Below are positions 24,401 through 34,500 of a DNA stretch of 64,000 nt, in pieces. Every line of letters begins with the position of its first letter. Position 1 is the first letter of the stretch. Both the position numbers and the translations under genes were made by a program. The DNA comes from Nemertoderma westbladi (taxonomy: Eukaryota > Animalia > Xenacoelomorpha). The stretch lies in assembly GCA_032718475.1 (NCBI GenBank), contig JAUCBJ010000742.1:1-64000 (forward strand), read 5' to 3'. The notes under the pieces are model-generated. The model was not told the origin of the DNA, searched no databases, and saw only the letters and a program-made list of their open reading frames with translations.

Positions 24401-27400
24401 CTCCATCCCCAACTCCAGTAAACCAACCAGTATCCCTTTTAGGTTCCCTCCATCCGTCCCCAACTCCAGTAAACCTACCAGTATCCCTTTTAGATTCCCT
24501 CCATTCCCAACTCCAGTAAACCTACCAGTATCCCTTTTAGATTCCCTCCATCCCCAACTCCAGTAAACCTACCAGTATCCCTTTTAGGTTCCCTCCATCC
24601 CCAACTCCAGTAAACCTACCAGTATCCCTTTTAGGTTCCCTCCATCCGTCCCCAACTCCAGTAAACCTACCAGTATCCCTTTTAGATTCCCTCCATTCCC
24701 AACTCCAGTAAACCTACCAGTATCCCTTTTAGATTCCCTCCATCCCCAACTCCAGTAAACCTACCAGTATCCCTTTTAGGTTCCCTCCATCCGTCCCCAA
24801 CTCCAGTAAACCTACCAGTATCCCTTTTAGATTCCCTCCATCCCCAACTCCAGTAAACCTACCAGTATCCCTTTTAGATTCCCTCCATCCCCAACTCCAG
24901 TAAACCTACCAGTATCCCTTTTAGGTTCCCTCCATCCGTCCCCAACTCCAGTAAACCTACCAGTATCCCTTTTAGGTTCCCTCCATCCCCAACTCCAGTA
25001 AACCTACCAGTATCCCTTTTAGGTTCCCTCCATCCGTCCCCAACTCCAGTAAACCTACCAGTATCCCTTTTAGATTCCCTCCATTCCCAACTCCAGTAAA
25101 CCTACCAGTATCCCTTTTAGATTCCCTCCATCCCCAACTCCAGTAAACCTACCAGTATCCCTTTTAGGTTCCCTCCATCCCCAACTCCAGTAAACCTACC
25201 AGTATCCCTTTTAGGTTCCCTCCGTCCCCAACTCCAGTAAACCTACCAGTATCACTTTTAGGTTCCCTCCGTCCCCAACTCCAGTAAACCTACCAGTGTC
25301 CCTTTTAGGTTCCCTCCATCCGTCCCCAACTCCAGTAAACCTACCAGTATCCCTTTTAGGTTCCCTCCATCCCCAACTCCAGTAAACCTACCAGTATCCC
25401 TTTTAGGTTCCCTCCGTCCCCAACTCCAGTAAACCAACCAGTATCCCTTTTAGGTTCCCTCCATCCGTCCCCAACTCCAGTAAACCTACCAGTATCCCTT
25501 TTAGGTTCCCTCCATCCCCAACTCCAGTAAACCTACCAGTATCCCTTTTAGGTTCCCTCCGTCCCCAACTCCAGTAAACCTACCAGTATCCCTTTTAGGT
25601 TCCCTCCGTCCCCAACTCCAGTAAACCAACCAGTATCCCTTTTAGGTTCCCTCCATCCGTCCCCAACTCCAGTAAACCTACCAGTATCCCTTTTAGGTTC
25701 CCTCCATCCCCAACTCCAGTAAACCTACCAGTATCCCTTTTAGGTTCCCTCCGTCCCCAACTCCAGTAAACCAACCAGTATCCCTTTTAGGTTCCCTCCA
25801 TTCCCAACTCCAGTAAACCTACCAGTATCCCTTTTAGGTTCCCTCCGTCCCCAACTCCAGTAAACCAACCAGTATCCCTTTTAGGTTCCCTCCATCCGTC
25901 CCCAACTCCAGTAAACCTACCAGTATCCCTTTTAGATTCCCTCCATCCCCAACTCCAGTAAACCTACCAGTATCCCTTTTAGGTTCCCTCCGTCCCCAAC
26001 TCCAGTAAACCTACCAGTATCCCTTTTAGGTTCCCTCCTTCCCCAACTCCAGTAAACCTACCAGTATCCCTTTTAGGTTCCCTCCATCCCCAACTCCAGT
26101 AAACCAACCAGTATCCCTTTTAGGTTCCCTCCATCCGTCCCCAACTCCAGTAAACCTACCAGTATCCCTTTTAGGTTCCCTCCATCCCCAACTCCAGTAA
26201 ACCAACCAGTATCCCTTTTAGGTTCCCTCCATCCGTCCCCAACTCCAGTAAACCTACCAGTATCCCTTTTAGATTCCCTCCATTCCCAACTCCAGTAAAC
26301 CTACCATTATCCCTTTTAGATTCCCTCCATCCCCAACTCCAGTAAACCTACCAGTATCCCTTTTAGGTTCCCTCCATCCCCAACTCCAGTAAACCTACCA
26401 GTATCCCTTTTAGGTTCCCTCCGTCCCCAACTCCAGTAAACCTACCAGTATCACTTTTAGGTTCCCTCCGTCCCCAACTCCAGTAAACCTACCAGTGTCC
26501 CTTTTAGGTTCCCTCCATCCGTCCCCAACTCCTGTAAACCTACCAGTATCCCTTTTAGGTTCCCTCCATCCGTCCCCAACTCCAGTAAACCTACCAGTAT
26601 CCCTTTTAGATTCCCTCCATCCCCAACTCCAGTAAACCTACCAGTGTCCCTTTTAGGTTCCCTCCATCCGTCCCCAACTCCAGTAAACCTACCAGTATCC
26701 CTTTTAGATTCCCTCCATCCCCAACTCCAGTAAACCTACCAGTATCCCTTTTAGGTTCCCTCCATCCCCAACTCCAGTAAACCTACCAGTATCCCTTTTA
26801 GGTTCCCTCCATCCCCAACTCCAGTAAACCTACCAGTGTCCCTTTTAGGTTCCCTCCATCCCCAACTCCAGTAAACCTACCAGTATCCCTTTTAGGTTCC
26901 CTCCATCCCCAACTCCAGTAAACCTACCAGTATCCCTTTTAGGTTCCCTCCGTCCCCAACTCCAGTAAACCTACCAGTATCCCTTTTAGGTTCCCTCCAT
27001 CCCCAACTCCAGTAAACCTACCAGTATCCCTTTTAGGTTCCCTCCATCCCCAACTCCAGTAAACCTACCAGTATCCCTTTTAGGTTCCCTCCGTCCCCAA
27101 CTCCAGTAAACCTACCAGTGTCCCTTTTAGGTTCCCTCCATCCGTCCCCAACTCCAGTAAACCTACCAGTATCCCTTTTAGATTCCCTCCATTCCCAACT
27201 CCAGTAAACCAACCAGTATCCCTTTTAGGTTCCCTCCATCCCCAACTCCAGTAAACCTACCAGTATCCCTTTTAGGTTCCCTCCATCCCCAACTCCAGTA
27301 AACCTACCAGTATCCCTTTTAGATTCCCTCCATCCCCAACTCCAGTAAACCTACCAGTATCACTTTTAGGTTCCCTCCATCCATCCCCAACTCCAGTAAA

Positions 27401-28745
27401 CCTACCAGTATCCCTTTTAGATTCCCTCCATCCATCCCCAACTCCAGTAAACCTACCAGTATCCCTTTTAGGTTCCCTCCATCCCCAACTCCAGTAAACC
27501 TACCAGTATCCCTTTTAGGTTCCCTCCATCCCCAACTCCAGTAAACCTACCAGTATCCCTTTTAGGTTCCCTCCATCCCCAACTCCAGTAAACCTACCAG
27601 TATCCCTTTTAGGTTCCCTCCATCCCCAACTCCAGTAAACCTACCAGTATCCCTTTTAGGTTCCCTCCATCCCCAACTCCAGTAAACCTACCAGTATCCC
27701 TTTTAGATTCCCTCCATCCCCAACTCCAGTAAACCTACCAGTATCCCTTTTAGGTTCCCTCCATCCCCAACTCCAGTAAACCTACCAGTATCCCTTTTAG
27801 GTTCCCTCCATCCCCAACTCCAGTAAACCTACCAGTATCCCTTTTAGGTTCCCTCCATCCCCAACTCCAGTAAACCTACCAGTATCCCTTTTAGGTTCCC
27901 TCCATCCCCAACTCCAGTAAACCTACCAGTATCACTTTTAGGTTCCCTCCATCCCCAACTCCAGTAAACCTACCAGTGTCCCTTTTAGGTTCCCTCCATC
28001 CCCAACTCCAGTAAACCTACCAGTATCACTTTTAGGTTCCCTCCATCCCCAACTCCAGTAAACCTACCAGTGTCCCTTTTAGGTTCCCTCCATCCCCAAC
28101 TCCAGTAAACCTACCAGTATCCCTTTTAGGTTCCCTCCATCCCCAACTCCAGTAAACCTACCAGTGTCCCTTTTAGGTTCCCTCCATCCCCAACTCCAGT
28201 AAACCTACCAGTATCCCTTTTAGGTTCCCTCCATCCCCAACTCCAGTAAACCTACCAGTGTCCCTTTTAGGTTCCCTCCATCCCCAACTCCAGTAAACCT
28301 ACCAGTATCCCTTTTAGGTTCCCTCCGTCCCCAACTCCAGTAAACCTACCAGTATCCCTTTTAGGTTCCCTCCATCCGTCCCCAACTCCAGTAAACCTAC
28401 CAGTATCCCTTTTAGGTTCCCTCCATCCCCAACTCCAGTAAACCTACCAGTATCCCTTTTAGGTTCCCTCCATCCCCAACTCCAGTAAACCCACCAGTAT
28501 CCCTTTTAGGTTCCCTCCATCCATCCCCAACTCCAGTAAACCTACCAGTATCCCTTTTAGGTTCCCTCCATCCCCAACTCCAGTAAACCTACCAGTATCC
28601 CTTTTAGGTTCCCTCCGTCCCCAACTCCAGTAAACCTACCAGTATCCCTTTTAGGTTCCCTCCATCACCAACTCCAGTATAAACCTACCAGTATCCCTTT
28701 TAGGTTCCCTCCATCCCCAACTCCACTAAACCTCCCACTATCTCC
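15439..28745 (+). repeat. Minisatellite array A, right part; same 47/51-bp unit, about 275 copies; the last copy is the likely functional acceptor and exon start
   Basis: Resumes in register right after the transposon (taccagtatccc) and grades into coding sequence (ctccactaaacctcccactatctcc) at about 28721-28745. Confidence 0.98.
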
Positions 28746-28908
28746 ATCGATTCGGGCTCCTCCGCCTCTGGAGATTCGTCTTCCTCTTCGATGGAAGTCG
28801 ACGATATCAGTGACGACGACAACCGACTACAAGGGGAGGCTGCGGCCCTAGACTGCCCCCACCGCTGTCTCACACAAGTATACGATCTGGCACAACAGAT
28901 AATGGCAG
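28704..28908 (+). CDS. CAMTA: CAMTA-like exon (205 nt, phase 0 to 1): VPSIPNSTKPPTISIDSGSS...MEVDDISDDD...VYDLAQQIMA
   Basis: Starts at the AG of the last array-A unit (cccttttag|GTTCCC), is open for 68 codons plus 1 nt, and ends at CAG|gttaga. Spliced to the next exon it gives LAQQIMAAMPERIK, matching the CAMTA post-ankyrin motif LAEQIIAAMPERIK / LAEHIIEATPDRIK. Confidence 0.85.
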
Positions 28909-29001
28909 GTTAGATATTACAAGTTATTGTTTCAATAATTAACAATTCTTGGTATTAATCAACCTGTGTTCTATATTAATCCGCGCATTATTCTTCCATA
29001 G

Positions 29002-29146
29002 CGATGCCTGAACGAATCAAACACCATCTGGCGGTGAACCATGGAACCTACAGTCCGGATTCCTTGTTCTGGAATCAGACTGATGGGCACCCGGAAGATG
29101 AGTTCACATCCATATCTGAGTTCTCTGACGTCACATACAACAGCAG
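29002..29146 (+). CDS. CAMTA: CAMTA-like exon (145 nt, phase 1 to 2): (A)MPERIKHHLAVNHGTYSPDSLFWNQTDGHPEDEFTSISEFSDVTYNS
   Basis: Preceded by a 93-nt GT-AG intron (28909-29001, ending ttcttccatag). The frame is open, the donor is CAG|gtacac, and the exon completes the AMPERIK motif across the junction. Confidence 0.85.
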
Positions 29147-30072
29147 GTACACATTATTTAACAGTAATCAGTGAACCTGTGTTTGGGTATATTATTTAAC
29201 AGTAATCAGAATGATTTTGAAATGAAACGGAATGATTTTGAGTCCTTTTGGTTAGGGCAGTTGATATACTTTATATATTTTTGGTAATAATAATTAATAA
29301 TATATATATTGCGCCTTTCTAAGTGGGATTTCAAGGAAGCTTAGTGCAGTTGTACTGTACAATAATGGGCAATATTTGCTATTATAAAAAAAACTTTGCA
29401 CAAAGTAAAACAAAGTAGAAATTCCAGTAAAAACAATGTAATCGGTCATAGAGTAAAAAGTAAGCGCCCAAATGATTTAAAAAAATATAATTATATAAAC
29501 ATAATGTATATTTTTAAACTAATATGCGTAGGGAATATATTCTGAGAGAACTCTTTTAATGCTGAATTCAATGGTGCTATTGGTCGAGCTTAATAGGTCT
29601 TTGATTTATTTAAACAGACCAAAGAAAATTGTCCATCAGCCAGTATATTTCATCCGTATATTTACGACCACAAGAGCCAAAATCGAACTACTTCCAACAC
29701 CAATAAGCAGGAAATATTTCAGAATGTGTATAAAGTGGAAAAATAGCAGGAAGTATTAAATTGTGAAAGAGTGAAAATTAAAATCTATTATTAATGTCCA
29801 AAATTGCGTTCAATATAAAACATTTAATAATTTAATAATATAATTTACAAATCACAAAGTCACAATAACAAACACAATTTTAGTTCAAATCTTATTACCG
29901 GTATTACGATTTTATGACATTAATATGATGATATTTGAGTATTATATATAGTATATATACATAGTATTGAGTAGTATATTGAAGATATTTACTATTAAAA
30001 GTAAACTTTAGATAATAAATTAATAAAATAGGAAATTTCCGGAAAAATGTCTAGGAGGTTTCCTCAGGAAAT

Positions 30073-30642
30073 CCCATTGAGAGACTGCTCCATGGAAATC
30101 AGAATGGGTTCCGTAAAGGTCGTGGGACCATGGAGCCCATTTTGGCACTTAGAAGGATAATTGAAGAGTTATCAAAAAAGAAAGATAGGCATCTGGCTGT
30201 CATCTTTGTTGACTTCTTCAAGGCCTTTGATTCAGTCTCTCGCTCACGTATGTTCAGCATACTTTCATTATATGGGATTCCTGATTAAATTATTGCAGCA
30301 ATCAGATCAGTATACGATGGTTCAACAACATTTGTGTCTACTGTTGACGGTGACACAGAACCATTTGAAGTGTTATGGGTCGTCCTCCAAGGAGACACAC
30401 TTGCACCATTCTTGTTCATTATTGTGGTTGACTATGTTCTACGCACGTCCTTAGATCATCATAATGATGATGGGGTAATGATAACTCCACCTACTGGCTC
30501 CAGAAGTCGAGGAAATCCTGTCAAGTACCTATCTGATCTAGACTTTGCTGATGACTTAGGAGTACTCTCAGAATCATTAGAGGGAGCCCAACGGCTCCTC
30601 AGCTCATTAGATCATGCTGCTTCTAGTGTTGGTCTTTATATT
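30073..30642 (+). mobile_element. Truncated non-LTR retrotransposon reverse transcriptase fragment (RTE/RTE-X-like), pseudogenised
   Basis: One frame reads NQNGFRKGRGT...ILALRRIIEE...IFVDFFKAFDSV...YGIPD*...LQGDTLAPFLFIIVVDYVLR...LSDLDFADDLGVLS...SVGLYI, covering typical LINE RT motifs including (Y/F)ADD. In-frame TAA at 30286-30288. Confidence 0.92.
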
Positions 30643-30904
30643 AAGGGGGTTATCACCCCAAATCTATTTTGTTTTTAATTTTTATAGCTACTGTTCTGAA
30701 TCTTTAACACAATTATCTGTGACCATTAACTAAGAAAACTGAATATGGATACCTTCGCAAACCATTTTCTTCGAAAAATTGGGGACTTTTTGTAGCAGTC
30801 TGTTTTTTTCAAAATTTGTAAGCTTATAGACACCTGAAGTTGTAGAAGCGAACTACCACAACTCTTACTACTAGAATCGGCGTGCTGCATTGCAGCTACA
30901 TTTT

Positions 30905-31025
30905 TAAGAATGCTGTGCCGGCTTATCGGCAAAATTGCACCGCCACAACTCCCTGTCACCCATGACATTTGCTAGATCATTCGCATCTTCAATGCCAGTG
31001 TCCTTTAAGATGGTATTTTTGGTAC
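30905..31025 (-). mobile_element. C-terminal ORF fragment of an RTE-like LINE, opposite strand to the RT fragment
   Basis: Minus strand reads NTILKDTGIEDANDLANVMGDRELWRCNF, resembling the C-terminal motif of RTE-group ORFs (LxxDTGL...L...M.DR..WR). Recognised by eye. Confidence 0.6.
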
Positions 31026-31484
31026 GATTGGTATATTATTAAAGATAAATTGCCGCAATATCGGCAAACTCTATTGATATTGGCTATTAATTTATATCAC
31101 TAAAATTTAATTTTATTCTATCTGTGTGTTGCGGAATTTTCTATTTTAGGATATAAGATCACTGGATGGCATTTTTTTGTATGTTGTTTTAGAAATCGAT
31201 GAAAGTTATTATATATTCTGACTATAAAGTTAGTAGGAATGTAATAAATAGGAATAACATAATATTATAAATAATTTCAGTTATTGAAATTATTTGTCAT
31301 AATTGTCATTATTTGACAATTATTTGTCACAGAGATTAATGCCGTCTTACTTTTCCTATATAATAAATATAGAGTTCATTTGATCGCTCTATACGGTAAA
31401 AGATAGTTCCGCTTTTAAAGTTTTATTGCATAAACTCTTCCCTTTTTCTCATCTCATATTCTGGAATTCGATTTGTTTTTATAG

Positions 31485-31590
31485 TTGCAGGGCTTCGTCT
31501 GGGAGTCAGTTCAGTCCGGCTTCGTCAATGTACAGCTACAGTTCGGCTTCGGAGACGGATTGCTTTGCGTTAACCTACCACCCAGGACAG
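31485..31590 (+). CDS. CAMTA: CAMTA-like exon (106 nt, phase 2 to 0): (S)CRASSGSQFSPASSMYSYSSASETDCFALTYHPGQ
   Basis: Acceptor atttgtttttatag| at 31484, with an alternative in-frame CAG at 31490. It is a GC-richer island in an AT-rich intron, phase-compatible with the previous exon, and encodes a Ser-rich SPASS segment. Its donor CAG|gtgaga is the first copy of array B. Confidence 0.75.
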
Positions 31591-34500
31591 GTGAGATATT
31601 GGTAAACTACAACCCGGGACAGGTGAGATATTGGTAAACTACAACCCGGGACAGGTGAGATATTGGTAAACTACAACCCGGGACAGGTGAGATATTGGTA
31701 AACTACAACCCGGGACAGGTGAGATATTGGTAAACTACAACCCAGGACAGGTGAGATATTGGTAAACTACAACCCAGGGCAGGTGAGATATTGGTAAACT
31801 ACAACCCAGGGCAGGTGAGATATTGGTAAACTACAACCCAGGACAGGTGAGATATTGGTAAACTACAACCCAGGACAGGTGAGATATTGGTAAACTACAA
31901 CCCAGGGCAGGTGAGATATTGGTAAACTACAACCCAGGACAGGTGAGATATTGGTAAACTACAACCCAGGACAGGTGAGATATTGGTAAACTACAACCCA
32001 GGACAGGTGAGATATTGGGAAACTACAACCCAGGGCAGGTGAGATATTGGTAAACTACAACCCAGGTCAGGTGAGATATTGGTAAACTACAACCCAGGAC
32101 AGGTGAGATATTGGTAAACTACAACCCAGGGCAGGTGAGATATTGGTAAACTACAACCCAGGACAGGTGAGATATTGGTAAACTACAACCCAGGACAGGT
32201 GAGATATTGGTAAACTACAACCCAGGACAGGTGAGATATTGGGAAACTACAACCCAGGGCAGGTGAGATATTGGTAAACTACAACCCAGGACAGGTGAGA
32301 TATTGGTAAACTACAACCCAGGACAGGTGAGATATTGGTAAACTACAACCCAGGACAGGTGAGATATTGGTAAACTACAACCCAGGACAGGTGAGATATT
32401 GGTAAACTACAACCCAGGACAGGTGAGATATTGGTAAACTACAACCCAGGACAGGTGAGATATTGGTAAACTACAACCCAGGACAGGTGAGATATTGGTA
32501 AACTACAACCCAGGACAGGTGAGATATTGGGAAAATACAACCAGGACAGGTGAGATATTGGTAAACTACAACCCAGGACAGGTGAGATATTGGTAAACTA
32601 CAACCCAGGGCAGGTGAGATATTGGTAAACTACAACCCAGGACAGGTGAGATATTGGTAAACTACAACCCAGGACAGGTGAGATATTGGTAAACTACAAC
32701 CCAGGACAGGTGAGATATTGGTAAACTACAACCCAGGACAGGTGAGATATTGGTAAACTACAACCCAGGACAGGTGAGATATTGGTAAACTACAACCCAG
32801 GACAGGTGAGATATTGGTAAACTACAACCCAGGACAGGTGAGATATTGGTAAACTACAACCCAAGACAGGTGAGATATTGGTAAACTACAACCCAGGACA
32901 GGTGAGATATTGGTAAACTACAACCCAGGACAGGTGAGATATTGCGAAAATACAACCCAGGACAGGTGAGATATTGCGAAAATACAACCAGGACAGGTGA
33001 GATATTGGGAAACTACAACCCAGGACAGGTGAGATATTGCGAAAATACAACCCAGGACAGGTGAGATATTGGGAAACTACAACCCAGGACAGGTGAGATA
33101 TTGGTAAACTACAACCCAGGGCAGGTGAGATATTGGTAAACTACAACCCAGGACAGGTGAGATATTGCGAAAATACAACCAGGACAGGTGAGATATTGGG
33201 AAACTACAACCCAGGGCAGGTGAGATATTGGTAAACTACAACCCAGGACAGGTGAGATATTGGTAAACTACAACCCAGGGCAGGTGAGATATTGGTAAAC
33301 TACAACCCAGGGCAGGTGAGATATTGGGAAAATACAACCAGGACAGGTGAGATATTGGGAAAATACAACCCAGGACAGGTGAGATATTGGTAAACTACAA
33401 CCCAGGACAGGTGAGATATTGGGAAAATACAACCAGGACAGGTGAGATATTGGTAAACTACAACCCAGGGCAGGTGAGATATTGGTAAACTACAACCCAG
33501 GGCAGGTGAGATATTGGGAAAATACAACCAGGACAGGTGAGATATTGGGAAAATACAACCCAGGACAGGTGAGATATTGGGAAAATACAACCAGGACAGG
33601 TGAGATATTGGTAAACTACAACCCAGGGCAGGTGAGATATTGGTAAACTACAACCCAGGGCAGGTGAGATATTGGGAAAATACAACCAGGACAGGTGAGA
33701 TATTGGGAAAATACAACCCAGGACAGGTGAGATATTGGGAAAATACAACCAGGACAGGTGAGATATTGGGAAAATACAACCAGGACAGGTGAGATATTGG
33801 GAAAATACAACCCAGGACAGGTGAGATATTGGGAAAATACAACCAGGACAGGTGAGATATTGGTAAACTACAACCCAGGGCAGGTGAGATATTGGTAAAC
33901 TACAACCCAGGGCAGGTGAGATATTGGGAAAATACAACCAGGACAGGTGAGATATTGGGAAAATACAACCCAGGACAGGTGAGATATTGGGAAAATACAA
34001 CCAGGACAGGTGAGATATTGGTAAACTACAACCCAGGGCAGGTGAGATATTGGTAAACTACAACCCAGGGCAGGTGAGATATTGGGAAAATACAACCAGG
34101 ACAGGTGAGATATTGGGAAAATACAACCCAGGACAGGTGAGATATTGGTAAACTACAACCCAGGGCAGGTGAGATATTGGGAAAATACAACCAGGACAGG
34201 TGAGATATTGGTAAACTACAACCCAGGACAGGTGAGATATTGGTAAACTACAACCCAGGACAGGTGAGATATTGGGAAAATACAACCAGGACAGGTGAGA
34301 TATTGGGAAAATACAAACCAGGACAGGTGAGATATTGGGAAAATACAACCCAGGACAGGTGAGATATTGGGAAAATACAACCCAGGACAGGTGAGATATT
34401 GGTAAACTACAACCCAGGGCAGGTGAGATATTGGGAAAATACAACCCAGGACAGGTGAGATATTGGTAAACTACAACCCAGGGCAGGTGAGATATTGGGA

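Noticed and set aside
2869-28745. Telomeric repeat (TTTTAGG / TTAGG)
   Set aside because: Only one copy per 47-bp unit, explained by the acceptor TTTTAG|G.
29559-29759. 66-aa ORF in the intron
   Set aside because: No recognisable similarity and no clear compatible splice sites.
30645-31008. Complete Kolobok element between TTAA 30641 and TTAA 31005
   Set aside because: The ends are not inverted repeats, and the right part translates as an RTE-like C-terminus.
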